A stretch of DNA of 64,000 nt from Oligoflexales bacterium. Its GTDB lineage: Bacteria > Bdellovibrionota_B > Oligoflexia > Oligoflexales > RGVZ01. The stretch spans positions 1 through 64,000 of the forward strand of contig JBIIGV010000002.1 in NCBI GenBank assembly GCA_044236265.1, given 5' to 3'. The notes under the pieces are model-generated. The model saw only the letters and a program-made list of their open reading frames with translations. It was not told where the DNA came from and made no database searches. The translations under genes were made by a program, and so were the position numbers. Below are positions 1 to 10,518 of this stretch, piece after piece. How positions within the stretch are numbered: the first letter of the stretch is position 1; each line of letters begins with the position of its first letter.

Positions 1-1
1 T

Positions 2-316
2 CCCGCTGCTTTTGGCGTCCTTATGAGCATGCTCATTTTGGTTGGCTATTATCTCGTGAAAGGAATGGCGATCCGGCTTACGGAAAAAATGCACTACGGC
101 GTAACCGTTTTAAGCAACATACTTGTACCAGCCGAGGTGGCTAGCGTCATGCCTGTCGCCATGGCAGAGCCGATGCAAATGCAGATGCCCCTATCAAGTC
201 CGGCAGAATCAGCACCGGCACCCCAGCCCATCGCCACAACGCAAGGAGCACCATCGGATGCAAACGTCGCAGACGCTGTCGTCCAAGATGTCAAGGACGA
301 AGAAGAGATTATCTGA
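2..316 (+). CDS. C-terminal part of a MotA/TolQ/ExbB-family membrane subunit (AglR-like); 5' truncated by the window edge
   Basis: Frame is open from base 2. PAAFGVLMSMLILVGYYLVK resembles the last TM helix of TolQ/ExbB and is followed by a Pro/Ala/acidic tail. Two ExbD-like ORFs and a TonB-C-like protein follow. Confidence 0.55.
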   Translation, partial: PAAFGVLMSMLILVGYYLVKGMAIRLTEKMHYGVTVLSNILVPAEVASVMPVAMAEPMQMQMPLSSPAESAPAPQPIATTQGAPSDANVADAVVQDVKDEEEII

Positions 317-827
317 CTCGATCATAAATGAGTCGGTGCTGCTGACACTTGCTGTTTGCGGTTTACTTCTTTTTTTGTCCTATTCAATACGAGTGATTTC
401 TGTAGGCGGAGTTTACGGACTCATCTCGCTTGACATTCCTGTGGCTCAATTTCCCATTGAAGACAAAGGACTTCACACGTTTAGGGAAACCACTGCAAAC
501 ACCATAAGTCCGCAGACACTCGCCATTGGCATTACTACAAGTGAAATGATTTTTGGCGATATGAATTCTTTTTCCAACGAACGCGACGATGTTCGAAATA
601 AATTTATCATTCCTCATATTTCTGGGTCCCCTCAGACCGATAGCTTACTTCGTCAAGTGGAACAGTGGTCCGACGAACGCGCGAGAAAGAAGTCTATTCG
701 ACCAGATGGGCTTGTTGTCGTCGTACCTGATCCAGAAGTGCCGGTTGCCGTGGTTGCAGGTGTCGTCGAGTCTCTAAAGCAAGCAAAAAAATTTAGCCAC
801 GTCATGATCGGCGGAGGTCTTTTGTGA
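288..827 (+). CDS. ExbD/TolR-like single-TM protein (AglQ/AglS-like)
   Basis: ATG 288 gives a basic N-terminus (MSRTKKR), one TM helix and a C-terminal VVVVPDPEVPVAVVAGVVESLKQA resembling the ExbD periplasmic motif. Position in the operon fits. Confidence 0.55.
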   Translation: MSRTKKRLSDSIINESVLLTLAVCGLLLFLSYSIRVISVGGVYGLISLDIPVAQFPIEDKGLHTFRETTANTISPQTLAIGITTSEMIFGDMNSFSNERDDVRNKFIIPHISGSPQTDSLLRQVEQWSDERARKKSIRPDGLVVVVPDPEVPVAVVAGVVESLKQAKKFSHVMIGGGLL

Positions 828-1342
828 GGACTCACAAGCTCGGCGAAGCCATCTCCGCATTTGCGCGGCAAAAGGACAGATTATTCGACGATGGCTCATT
901 CAAAATCTATACTTTGATTTTACCTTTTATGGCTGTAACGATACTCACGGTTTATACCAACCTGGAATTATCAACACGGCTATTTGGGGTGTCCAGTCCA
1001 CTTGAACATCAGGCGGATGTCTCTAATCACTCAGGCGTTTGGCTTAGTATTGGAACTAAAAACGACCATGTTATAGTCAGAACTACTAACGGCCTTACCT
1101 TTTCATGGCCTCTTTCAGGCCCCTCCAAAGATCAACTTGGACCTCTTCGCGATTATCTAACGCTGGCCGCTAGAGACGTCGTCGAAAAATCTGTCTTAAA
1201 AGGTCAGATAACGACTAAAGACACCGTTGTAGCGCTATCAGTAGATCAACACTTAAACTTTCATCACATTCGCCCAGTTGTTTACGCACTTGCAGAGGTA
1301 GGATTTACAAAATATGGATTTGAGACACGGATTCTGCGATAG
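824..1342 (+). CDS. ExbD/TolR-like single-TM protein (AglS/AglQ-like)
   Basis: GTGA start/stop overlap with the previous ORF; TM LILPFMAVTILTVY; ExbD-like C-terminus VALSVDQHLNFHHIRPVVYALAEVGFTKYGF. Confidence 0.6.
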   Translation: MRTHKLGEAISAFARQKDRLFDDGSFKIYTLILPFMAVTILTVYTNLELSTRLFGVSSPLEHQADVSNHSGVWLSIGTKNDHVIVRTTNGLTFSWPLSGPSKDQLGPLRDYLTLAARDVVEKSVLKGQITTKDTVVALSVDQHLNFHHIRPVVYALAEVGFTKYGFETRILR

Positions 1343-1360
1343 GCCCCGGAGCAATAGAAC

Positions 1361-2992
1361 ATGACCTCGCAAAACGATCGCAAAAACTTTCTTCAAGTAA
1401 CCGTCTTCTGGGGTGGTGCAGAGCTTGGTTCTTATTCAAGGCCCCTATCCAGGGCTCGCGGTGTCTCGGCAGGTAAGAGCTGGTTTTCCAACATCAGATC
1501 CGTGGTGTGGCCACGTTGGGATCAATTAGAAATTATTCAAAATACAAAATCAGGACTGATCCTGAATCCAAACGTAGCGTGGAATGGAGTCATTGCCAAT
1601 AGCAGAGGCTCTTATGTGTTACAAGCGGCAAAACCAAGTCGCAAGATTTTTGAAATCGGTCCTGGAACCACTGCCAGCCTTCGTATAGAAGAACTGTCCA
1701 TCGCTATCAGAGTTGGTCCACTGCTTAGGAAATCGGAAAAACGATTAAAGCCGGCCCGTGGATACCTCGGCTCCCCCCTATCATTAGTCGCCGACCGAAA
1801 AGTTGAGTGGACGGCTCTGGCTGTGGCATTCTTTGCGGCTGGAGTCATTGCTCTCAGCGCAAGATCCACGCTTAAATCTCGAGACAACGACCTATACAGC
1901 GGTTTATCAGAGCTGCCCGATGTGAATCTTCTGCCATTCATCTCCACAAAACATCTGGCAGACGGGCCTACTGTCGTTCAGTTTTCATTGGACCGTTTTG
2001 ATTATGTACACGATATCTGGAGATATTATTCGGAATTTTCTAAGACGCTGGGTTACGGAGAGGCCGTCGCTGAAAATCCAAAACTATTCCCGTCGGTAAC
2101 TTTGGAATATAAAAATCACTTTGATGATCAAGCCAAAAAAATTCATGCTGCTGAAGCAAAACAATCATTGGACGCGCAATCTGCACGGGCCGGACGCGGA
2201 CTCATCTCTATGCCGACAGTCTCTGGCGAGTCTGTGGACGGAAAAGTACTTCGTCTTCTTGATAAGATATCCGTCATTGCTGCATCATCTAAGGATCTAG
2301 AGCGAAGCCGCGTCTCAGTTTCAGAAACATTCGAAAAGGACATGGGACTCGTTAAAGAAGAAAAAGAGGAGAAACCTACTAACGAGGCGTTTGAAAAAAT
2401 TGCACAAGGCTATCTCGGAATTGAAAGTGATGACAAGATGCAAGAATCCCTTGCAAAGTCATCTGCAGCTAAGGCTGCCTTAGCGCAGCTAGATCTGTTT
2501 GGAGATGAAAGACTTCTTTTTGGTCCGATTAACTGTTGCGATCCACCAGCTGGCTCACCAATTTATCAGGCTGGTCTAACATGGATTGCCGATGGAGGAA
2601 GGCGCGACCAAGAACCGACAACCATCGCTAGTCTCAAAGCCTCAACATGGGGATCGCCTGCTGTCGACGATACAAAAATTGTGGAGCCATTGGCTGGAAA
2701 GATTGAGCCTAGTCTGGTAGAAAAAACCATAACTGCTGGTCGCTACCAGCTGCGACTCTGTTACGAGCTAGCACTTCGCAGAAATCAGGCTCTTCGGGGC
2801 TCAATGGAATGGCGCTGGCAAATTAATACACAAGGACAGATATCAAATCTTGACCTGCTACAGACATCGATTAAAGACGACGAACTCGTACGCTGCGTTT
2901 ATAATAAAATCGCCAATTGGAAGTTTCCAAAGCCAAAGGGCGGTAGCGTTGAAGTCCGCTATCCGTTCGAGTTCTCGCGAGATAAAGGATAG
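1361..2992 (+). CDS. AgmX/PglI C-terminal (TonB-C-like) domain membrane protein, GltG-like gliding component
   Basis: One TM (WTALAVAFFAAGVIAL). C-terminus LRLCYELALRRNQALRG...CVYNKIANWKFPKPKGGSVEVRYPFEF is typical of the AgmX/PglI domain. GGAG RBS upstream. Confidence 0.75.
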   Translation: MTSQNDRKNFLQVTVFWGGAELGSYSRPLSRARGVSAGKSWFSNIRSVVWPRWDQLEIIQNTKSGLILNPNVAWNGVIANSRGSYVLQAAKPSRKIFEIGPGTTASLRIEELSIAIRVGPLLRKSEKRLKPARGYLGSPLSLVADRKVEWTALAVAFFAAGVIALSARSTLKSRDNDLYSGLSELPDVNLLPFISTKHLADGPTVVQFSLDRFDYVHDIWRYYSEFSKTLGYGEAVAENPKLFPSVTLEYKNHFDDQAKKIHAAEAKQSLDAQSARAGRGLISMPTVSGESVDGKVLRLLDKISVIAASSKDLERSRVSVSETFEKDMGLVKEEKEEKPTNEAFEKIAQGYLGIESDDKMQESLAKSSAAKAALAQLDLFGDERLLFGPINCCDPPAGSPIYQAGLTWIADGGRRDQEPTTIASLKASTWGSPAVDDTKIVEPLAGKIEPSLVEKTITAGRYQLRLCYELALRRNQALRGSMEWRWQINTQGQISNLDLLQTSIKDDELVRCVYNKIANWKFPKPKGGSVEVRYPFEFSRDKG

Positions 2993-3030
2993 CTCACAGG
3001 TTGCTTTGGCAACCACCGAAGAAAGCATCT

Positions 3031-4728
3031 ATGCAAAATCCACCGATCACGTTTTTCAAAAATAATGCGATTCGAATCATTCCATTTGGCGGCTGTGGCG
3101 AATTCGGCATGAATATGACCGGCTACATCTGTGACGATAGACTTTATATCGTTGATGCGGGAGTAAGCTTTCCAGATCCATCTAAGCTAGGTGTAGAGTC
3201 GATATTCCCAGATATGGCCCCGTGGATTGAACAGTTTGGCGGTGTGTACGCTTACATCATGACACATGGGCATGAGGATCATATTGGTGCCCTTTCATTT
3301 ATGTTAGACCGCTGGCCTGGGCCTGTTTATACAACGCCCTGGACGGCTGCTCTGATTGACAACAAGTTGGCACGACGAGGCATCAGCGTCAGGTATCCGA
3401 TTCATCGTGTTAACCCAGGAGACCGCGTTGAGTGCGAAGATTTTTCTTTGGAGTTTGTTCCATTTAACCACAGCATCCCAAACGCATGTGGGCTAATGAT
3501 TCGCGCGGAAAAATTTAATGTTTTTCATACTGGCGATTTTAAGTTTGACTTCACGCCGGTACTTGAAGAGCCAGTCAACATCAAGCATCTTGAAAAACTT
3601 GGTCGAGAGGGTATTCATTTACTGTTAGCCGACAGCACCAACTCCCACATTCCTGGCTTTTGCCCCTCTGAAGCAACCGTCGTTGAGCCAATGAAAAAGG
3701 CTTTCGCTGAATGTCCGTCCGGCGCCGTCGTAGTCAGTACATTCAGCAGTAACTTTTGGCGAATCAAGACGATACTCGATGTCTGTGAAGCATCTGGTCG
3801 CAAAGCCTTAATACTCGGTGGTGGCCTCGATAATTGCATCCGAGTTGCGAGCGAACTTGGTTTTTTTCAGCCCACTCCTGGATTGATTATAGATTCAAGT
3901 ATTGCCATGAATATGGACCGCTCAAAGCTTTGCGTCATCGCCACCGGAAGTCAGGGGGAATGGCGTTCAGCTTTAATGCGCCTTGCAAATGGTGAGCACC
4001 GTCAGTTCAGCATCTGTCCGGGTGATCTGGTGATATTTAGCAGTAGAACAATCCCAGGCAATGAGCGCGTCATTCAGTACATGATGAGCCTTCTTGAAAG
4101 ACGTGGAGCACGAATTTTCTCCGTTCGCAACAACCCGAATATCCATGTAAGTGGTCACGGATACCGGGAAGAGTTAAAGCAACTTGTTTCTGCCCTTCGA
4201 CCAAGAAATTTCATACCAGTCCATGGAACTTTTAGTCATTTGACCAGTAATTCCAAAGTTCCCGCGGAAGTCGGCTTATCCGATACGAGATCCTACGTCA
4301 TTGAAAACGGTGACGTCATTGATGTGGAGGCGGATGACATCACTATCTCGGATAGAATTGACATTGATCACCTGTTTGTAGACAGCGGATCGATGGACCT
4401 CCTACCCTATGATGTTTTACGTGAACGCTTGCGCGTTGGGGAGCTAGGTCTTGTTATTGTCGCGGCCTGCTGCGATCTTGCAGATCAAAGTCTTATTGGG
4501 AATATGAAGATAACAGTACAAGGCCTTGTGCCCCCATCAGGAATGGAAGCCGCTGAATTTGAGTCCGCCATTCGCAAAGCAGCAGTTAAAGGATTTAAAC
4601 ATTCAGTTGACGAACGTGACAGCAGACTGGAAGACCTCGAGGAGAGTATGCGCGTCGAGGTGCGTCGCTATATGTTCCAAATGATGCGTAAAAAACCTGT
4701 TGTAATTTGCAACTTGGTATCAATTTGA
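3031..4728 (+). CDS. rnj: Ribonuclease J
   Basis: GGCGEFGMNM, THGHEDHIGA, HTGDFK, TGSQGE, HVSGHG and PVHG (metallo-beta-lactamase/beta-CASP motifs). Confidence 0.92.
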   Translation: MQNPPITFFKNNAIRIIPFGGCGEFGMNMTGYICDDRLYIVDAGVSFPDPSKLGVESIFPDMAPWIEQFGGVYAYIMTHGHEDHIGALSFMLDRWPGPVYTTPWTAALIDNKLARRGISVRYPIHRVNPGDRVECEDFSLEFVPFNHSIPNACGLMIRAEKFNVFHTGDFKFDFTPVLEEPVNIKHLEKLGREGIHLLLADSTNSHIPGFCPSEATVVEPMKKAFAECPSGAVVVSTFSSNFWRIKTILDVCEASGRKALILGGGLDNCIRVASELGFFQPTPGLIIDSSIAMNMDRSKLCVIATGSQGEWRSALMRLANGEHRQFSICPGDLVIFSSRTIPGNERVIQYMMSLLERRGARIFSVRNNPNIHVSGHGYREELKQLVSALRPRNFIPVHGTFSHLTSNSKVPAEVGLSDTRSYVIENGDVIDVEADDITISDRIDIDHLFVDSGSMDLLPYDVLRERLRVGELGLVIVAACCDLADQSLIGNMKITVQGLVPPSGMEAAEFESAIRKAAVKGFKHSVDERDSRLEDLEESMRVEVRRYMFQMMRKKPVVICNLVSI

Positions 4729-4730
4729 CT

Positions 4731-5330
4731 ATGGGTCATCCAATTATCGCCAGTGCTGCAAAGTTTGAAACAAGCGAGATTGTCGAGCGATTGCAAAATT
4801 CGGGAGTCAACGCCACCCAACTTGTCGTTGGCGTAGGATTAACGCAGGCGGCAATTATCTCAGCTCGCCTGCGAGACCTTGTCGCTGGCAGAGACGTGTT
4901 TTTTTGCTGTACCGCTGGAATTTTGGGTAACTTTCGCAACGTTGAGTTATTTACAGCTTTGGGAGTTGACTTTGCGCCCGTGGATGTTCGTACCGGTCAG
5001 GGCTATCTCGTAACAAATTCTGAGGAGAAACTCATGCTGAACAGCTTGCAGCTTCCGCTTCCTGCCTGCTGGGTTCACAATAGCGCATCGATTTCTCTGA
5101 AGACGCAAAAATCTACCAAGGACCTGCCCGTTTTAGAAACGCTTGAATTATACGCCGTCGCCAAAAACTGGCTACCTGTAGCAAAGTCTTTTACTTGCGT
5201 CGTGGCTGTGACCAATGCTGTGGGTCCAGACGCCCATCAGCAATGGAAGGACCATTTTCGCGACGCAGCAACTTTAACTGCGGATTTTTTAGCAAATGAA
5301 ATAAAAGTTATGGGACGTCGTTGGAGTTAG
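4731..5330 (+). CDS. Purine nucleoside phosphorylase/nucleosidase-fold protein (MTA/SAH nucleosidase or MqnB-like)
   Basis: VGVGL, CTAG, ETLELYAVA and AVTNAVGP resemble PNP_UDP-family motifs; divergent. Confidence 0.55.
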   Translation: MGHPIIASAAKFETSEIVERLQNSGVNATQLVVGVGLTQAAIISARLRDLVAGRDVFFCCTAGILGNFRNVELFTALGVDFAPVDVRTGQGYLVTNSEEKLMLNSLQLPLPACWVHNSASISLKTQKSTKDLPVLETLELYAVAKNWLPVAKSFTCVVAVTNAVGPDAHQQWKDHFRDAATLTADFLANEIKVMGRRWS

Positions 5331-5331
5331 A

Positions 5332-5877
5332 ATGCAAATTACTAATAAAAAATCTGTTCTTAAGACGCGGCCGTTCGAAGTAGAGGAGGTTGGATTTCGC
5401 CTCGAAAACGACCACGCCATCGAGGGTTACTTTCGGCTGGCAGCGCCAGACTGGGTCAATGTTTTACCTGTGGCTGCAAACGGGCAGATCATTTTAGTAA
5501 AGCAGCCCCGCGTAGGAACAATGTCGTATGTCTTGGAAACACCAGGAGGCGTCATTGATCCTGGCGAAAAGGATCCAACAATGGCTGCCGCTCGCGAGTT
5601 AGAAGAGGAGACGGGATTTATTAGCCAACGCTTTTTGCCACTTGGCGCCGTAAACCCAAATCCTGCAATCATGACGAACCGTTGTCATTTCTTCATTGCT
5701 CTGGGCTGCCTACCCGCAACGCAGCGAAAACATTTTCCAGACCCAGATGAACGCATCTCTCTTGAATTTATAAATCCTCAGGATATTGACTCCTTAATAA
5801 GAACAGGCCAGATCAATCACGCGTTAGCTTGTTTATGCCTTTTGCTAGGTGGTCGCTATCTGGCCAAGTCACCATAA
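5332..5877 (+). CDS. NUDIX hydrolase (ADP-ribose pyrophosphatase-like)
   Basis: Nudix box PGGVIDPGE...AAARELEEETG and NPNPA. Confidence 0.88.
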   Translation: MQITNKKSVLKTRPFEVEEVGFRLENDHAIEGYFRLAAPDWVNVLPVAANGQIILVKQPRVGTMSYVLETPGGVIDPGEKDPTMAAARELEEETGFISQRFLPLGAVNPNPAIMTNRCHFFIALGCLPATQRKHFPDPDERISLEFINPQDIDSLIRTGQINHALACLCLLLGGRYLAKSP

Positions 5878-5885
5878 AAATCTTG

Positions 5886-5894
5886 TGTTATAAT
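5886..5894 (+). promoter_or_regulatory. Extended -10 promoter element for the PP2C gene
   Basis: TGtTATAAT at 5886-5894, about 24 nt before ATG 5918. Confidence 0.45.
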
Positions 5895-5917
5895 AAGTGA
5901 GTGACGGGGAGACAGTG

Positions 5918-6679
5918 ATGGCAATTCCGCAGTTTCAAATTAACGGAAACGGAAACACTCATATTGGACGAGTTCGTTCAACGAACCAAGACAGCTACCT
6001 TTGTGACAATAAGCGCGGCCTTTACATTGTTGCTGACGGCATGGGCGGACATGCTGGCGGCGAAGTTGCGAGCAGTTTAGCCGTCCAGAATATTCGAGCT
6101 TTTCTTGATTCAAATTCAAACAAAGCTGATGCTGCGTCTGATGAAAACGCGGGTGCCACCGCATCTTTGGTGGCCGAGGCTATTAACCATGCTTCAATGA
6201 AGATTTATGAGCGCGCCCTAGAAGAGCCTACATTGAAGGGCATGGGAACTACCGCTACTGCTATCAGAGTATTAGGCAGATCCGTTGCATGCGCCCATGT
6301 AGGAGATAGCCGCCTTTATCTCATCAGGTGTGGTTATATTTATCAAATCACGACAGACCACAGTTTGGTGAGCGAACAAATCAGAGCAGGCGTTATTACG
6401 AAAGAAGAAGCGGAGAACCACCACCTTCGTAACGTAATCACTCGTAGTGTTGGCTACCAGGAGCAAGAGGACGTCGACACCTACACCGTAGACGTCGAAG
6501 ACGGTGACCTGCTCATTATATGTAGCGACGGACTACATGGCCGGGTTCCCGAGGAAGTCATCGCAAATTGCTGCCAAAAGTATGGTATTTTGGCCGTAGA
6601 CCATCTAATTGCCGAAGCCAATCAACGCGGTGGCGATGATAATATTTCTGTCATTATTTGCCTAGCTAAGGCTAAATAA
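5918..6679 (+). CDS. PP2C-family Ser/Thr protein phosphatase (Stp1-like)
   Basis: NQDS, VADGMGGHAGGEVAS, HVGDSRLY, CSDGL and GGDDNIS motifs. Confidence 0.92.
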   Translation: MAIPQFQINGNGNTHIGRVRSTNQDSYLCDNKRGLYIVADGMGGHAGGEVASSLAVQNIRAFLDSNSNKADAASDENAGATASLVAEAINHASMKIYERALEEPTLKGMGTTATAIRVLGRSVACAHVGDSRLYLIRCGYIYQITTDHSLVSEQIRAGVITKEEAENHHLRNVITRSVGYQEQEDVDTYTVDVEDGDLLIICSDGLHGRVPEEVIANCCQKYGILAVDHLIAEANQRGGDDNISVIICLAKAK

Positions 6680-6752
6680 TTTGCCCAGTTAAGTTTCTCT
6701 GCGCAGAGCCGAATCACACTCTACGGAATTTTTGTTCCATGAGGTGTGTAAC

Positions 6753-7718
6753 GTGCGTCGATATACAATTGTCATCATTCCAGATAGCAAATCGGGATCC
6801 AAGCGGTACAGCATCACGTATCGCTCCGTATCGTTATTGAAGTTTATGATGGCAGTCGCGCTCATATTTTTAGGTTATGGCATCGCTGACTATTTCCATA
6901 TGCGAAGTCTGCGCTCGTCATACTTACAGGCAATTCAGGATGACCGAGCGTTAAAGGGAGAGGCTCGTATTCTCATGTCCAGTTTAGATGAAGTGCGCTC
7001 ATCGCTTCGCAAGGTCAAAGAGTACTCAGCCAAACTTGCAGAGATCACAAATCTACAAACCCAGTCCCTGACAAAAAGAACTGGTCTTTCATCCATTACG
7101 AGTACAAATCAGACCAGCTCAGGTCCGATTGAGCCAAAGATTGACCACCACTCATCTGTTCCAGGAAATGTTGACTTGGATCGATTGGTCTTTAAACCAG
7201 TTTTTGCACGTCTGGACTCCATTACTTTAAACAGTCAAAAAGGGGCTCTCGAGCTTCAGCAAATCATTAGCCGTCTCTCTCAGCAGAAGACACTTTTATC
7301 TTCAATCCCGTCCATGACTCCCGTCGATGGCTGGATCACAAGCAATTTTGGCTCACGTTCAAGTCCTTTCACAGGAGAACCCTCCAATCACAAGGGTCTT
7401 GATGTCGCCGCTCCCGTTGGAACACCAATCTATGCGCCGGCAGATGGGGTCGTGATTTTCTCCGGAAAACGTAATGGTTTTGGTAACTTTGTTATGATTG
7501 CTCATGGTTACGGGATTGTGACCGGCTATGGGCACAATGCTCAAAACTTGGTCAGCCCAGGCCAGGTCATTCGCCGCGGCGATCAAGTCGCAACGGTCGG
7601 GCAGTCCGGCCGATCCACCGGTCCTCACCTTCACTACGAAATTGCTGTAAATGGCAGAGTTGTCGACCCAAAGAAATTCATTCTAAATATCGACGACTTA
7701 GCAATAGCAGCCCACTAA
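6753..7718 (+). CDS. M23-family metallopeptidase with N-terminal TM and coiled coil
   Basis: HKGLD (HxxxD) and STGPHLHYEI (HxH) motifs; GAGG RBS before GTG 6753. Confidence 0.9.
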   Translation: MRRYTIVIIPDSKSGSKRYSITYRSVSLLKFMMAVALIFLGYGIADYFHMRSLRSSYLQAIQDDRALKGEARILMSSLDEVRSSLRKVKEYSAKLAEITNLQTQSLTKRTGLSSITSTNQTSSGPIEPKIDHHSSVPGNVDLDRLVFKPVFARLDSITLNSQKGALELQQIISRLSQQKTLLSSIPSMTPVDGWITSNFGSRSSPFTGEPSNHKGLDVAAPVGTPIYAPADGVVIFSGKRNGFGNFVMIAHGYGIVTGYGHNAQNLVSPGQVIRRGDQVATVGQSGRSTGPHLHYEIAVNGRVVDPKKFILNIDDLAIAAH

Positions 7719-7793
7719 GAAAAGTATATAATAGATGACCCCAGCTTCCGTGGTTCAATGCCGCGCCAAGCTTATTGTACGAGGTCATTGCAC

Positions 7794-10433
7794 ATGCTTA
7801 CGTTTGCAAAAAAAATCTTTGGGACCAAAAATGACCGCGAGATTAAACGCATCCGCGGACTCATCGATCAAGTCAATGCGCTGGAACCTTCCATGAAGTC
7901 TCTTGCCGACAGCGACTTTCCGAAAAAGACTGCTGATTTCCGGGAACGTCTGGCCAAGGGCGCGTCGATTGATAGTTTAATTCCTGAGGCATTTGCTTTG
8001 GTTCGCGAAGCTGCGCTGCGGGTCCGTGGTGAGCGTCATTATGATGTTCAGCTCATAGGCGGCGTTGTCCTGCATGAAGGAAAAATCTCGGAAATGAAAA
8101 CGGGTGAAGGGAAAACCCTCACCGCGACAGCTCCCGTTTATTTGAACGCTCTTTCAGGCAAAGGTGTTCACGTTGTTACGGTGAACGACTACCTTGCTCA
8201 ACGCGACGCCGCGACCATGGGCCAAGTCTATTCGTTTTTGGGGATGACGACTGGAGTGATTGTCCATGGTTTAACTGACAGCGAGCGACGCCAGAGCTAT
8301 TCCGCCGATATTACTTACGGAACAAATAACGAATTTGGTTTTGATTACTTGCGCGACAATATGAAAACCGATTTAGGTCGGTTCGTTCAACGTGGACATA
8401 ACTTTGGCATCGTTGATGAAGTGGATTCTATTCTCATTGATGAGGCGCGTACGCCTTTGATCATCAGCGGGCCAGCGGAAAGTAATTTAGAGCTTTTCGT
8501 CAAGGTTAACGCGGCGATCCCTGGGCTGCAAAAAGATGTGGACTATATCGTCGATGAAAAAAGTCGTGTGGTATCGTTAACCGAAGACGGAATGAGTAAG
8601 CTCGAAAAGAGACTTCGGGTTGAAAATCTTTATGACCCAAAAAGCATCGACTATCTCCATCACGTTCAGCAAGCATTGAAGGCCCACGTCATTTTCAAAA
8701 AAGACGTCGATTACGTTGTGCGCGATGGCAAGGTGGTCATCGTCGATGAATTTACTGGCCGACTCATGCCAGGACGCAGATATAGTGACGGACTACACGG
8801 GGCGCTGGAAGCAAAAGAACATGTTGCCGTGCAAAATGAAACACAGACAATGGCAACAGTAACGTTTCAAAACTATTTCCGTTTATACGCCAAGCTTGCT
8901 GGGATGACCGGAACTGCCGACACCGAAGCGGTTGAGTTTAAGAAAATCTATAATTTGGATGTTCTCTGTATTCCAACAAACAAAAACATGATCCGAAAAG
9001 ATCACCAGGATGAAGTTTACCGAACGGCTCGTGAAAAATTTAATGTGATCGCTGACGAAATCGAAAAGGCTCAGAAGAAGGGCCAACCCATACTGGTGGG
9101 TACGGTTTCTGTCGAGAAAAGTGAGCTGTTGTCGGCCCTCCTTAAGAAGCGGGGCATTCCTCATGAAATTTTGAATGCAAAAAATCACGCTCGCGAAGCC
9201 GATATTATCAAAGAAGCCGGTCAATCGGGTCGTGTCACAATTTCGACGAACATGGCTGGTCGTGGTACTGATATTATTCTTGGCCCTGGCTCAAGAGAGG
9301 CCGGAGGACTTTTTGTCATTGGCACTGAGCGACATGACTCACGACGGATTGATAATCAGTTACGCGGGCGCTCAGGACGTCAAGGCGACCCTGGGGAATC
9401 AAAATTCTTTTTAAGCCTTGAAGACGACCTCATGCGTATTTTTGCCAGTGATCGCCTTGGGGCCATCATGCAGCGCCTAGGTATGCAAGAAGGCGAAGCC
9501 ATCATTTCTCCAATGGTAACGCGTTCGATTGAGCGCGCTCAGAAAAGGGTCGAAGAGCAAAACTTCTCGAGTCGAAAACATCTTCTCGAATATGACGACG
9601 TCATGAATCAGCAACGACAAGTTATTTACGGCCTTCGCAATGAAGCACTTCACAATAAAGACGGCCATCAACTGGAGTTCATTCAGGAAACGACCCGTAA
9701 ACTCATTGACGCTATTGTCTCAAGCAACGCCGCCTTGGAAAAGGGTGGCGGGTTCAATCTGGACGGGATTCAAGATCAGATTAAATCTGAGCTTGGACAA
9801 AAAGTCGACTTGTTCCAAGTAAAAGGAGACGGAATTTCGGAAAACGAACTGGTTGATCTACTATCAAAGCAGGTCGCTGATGCTTATGACAGTAAGTTTA
9901 GACACCTCGGCAAAGATAATCTCGGCAGACTCGAGAGCTACGTGTTCCTTCAAATCATTGACCGGGCTTGGAAAAACAACCTCCTTGCCATGGATCATCT
10001 CCGTGACAGCGTAAGTCTTCGAAGCTATGGCCAACGCGATCCACTCCAGGAATATAAGAAAGAAGCGTTTAGGCTGTTTGAAACTATGATGACACGCATA
10101 TACGACGAAACAGCTCAAGCCATGCTCCACTTGGAGGCCCCGAAAGCGCCGAACCAAATGGAAATGGAGGCAGACGAACCCGATGAAGAGTCTCTTACAT
10201 TTAGGCATCCAGATGCACCCCAAACGTCCACTGCGCAATCGCCTGCAGCAGAAGAGGTCGCCTCGGAAGACGGCATGATTTATCACGGATCACGCGCTGG
10301 CTCTGAGCCAGAGCGCCCGGCCGCTCAACCCCACCGCAGAGCTGGCGAAAAGGTCGGACGCAACGACCCATGCCCCTGTGGATCCGGTAAAAAATTTAAG
10401 AAGTGTCACGGCGCCCTCGAGGCAGTTGAATAA
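7794..10433 (+). CDS. secA: Preprotein translocase ATPase SecA
   Basis: [50 protein letters not shown] and C-terminal [22 protein letters not shown]. Confidence 0.98.
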   Translation: MLTFAKKIFGTKNDREIKRIRGLIDQVNALEPSMKSLADSDFPKKTADFRERLAKGASIDSLIPEAFALVREAALRVRGERHYDVQLIGGVVLHEGKISEMKTGEGKTLTATAPVYLNALSGKGVHVVTVNDYLAQRDAATMGQVYSFLGMTTGVIVHGLTDSERRQSYSADITYGTNNEFGFDYLRDNMKTDLGRFVQRGHNFGIVDEVDSILIDEARTPLIISGPAESNLELFVKVNAAIPGLQKDVDYIVDEKSRVVSLTEDGMSKLEKRLRVENLYDPKSIDYLHHVQQALKAHVIFKKDVDYVVRDGKVVIVDEFTGRLMPGRRYSDGLHGALEAKEHVAVQNETQTMATVTFQNYFRLYAKLAGMTGTADTEAVEFKKIYNLDVLCIPTNKNMIRKDHQDEVYRTAREKFNVIADEIEKAQKKGQPILVGTVSVEKSELLSALLKKRGIPHEILNAKNHAREADIIKEAGQSGRVTISTNMAGRGTDIILGPGSREAGGLFVIGTERHDSRRIDNQLRGRSGRQGDPGESKFFLSLEDDLMRIFASDRLGAIMQRLGMQEGEAIISPMVTRSIERAQKRVEEQNFSSRKHLLEYDDVMNQQRQVIYGLRNEALHNKDGHQLEFIQETTRKLIDAIVSSNAALEKGGGFNLDGIQDQIKSELGQKVDLFQVKGDGISENELVDLLSKQVADAYDSKFRHLGKDNLGRLESYVFLQIIDRAWKNNLLAMDHLRDSVSLRSYGQRDPLQEYKKEAFRLFETMMTRIYDETAQAMLHLEAPKAPNQMEMEADEPDEESLTFRHPDAPQTSTAQSPAAEEVASEDGMIYHGSRAGSEPERPAAQPHRRAGEKVGRNDPCPCGSGKKFKKCHGALEAVE

Positions 10434-10518
10434 CTCCGCTGCCGTCTGGGCATTCTTGGCGATGTAATGCTACACTATTGATGAGCATTTTTCGAAAGCG
10501 GCCGGAGTTTCTAAAAAG

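Noticed and set aside
123..287. Longer start for the first ExbD-like ORF
   Set aside because: It overlaps the upstream gene out of frame. ATG 288 gives a typical ExbD-like N-terminus.
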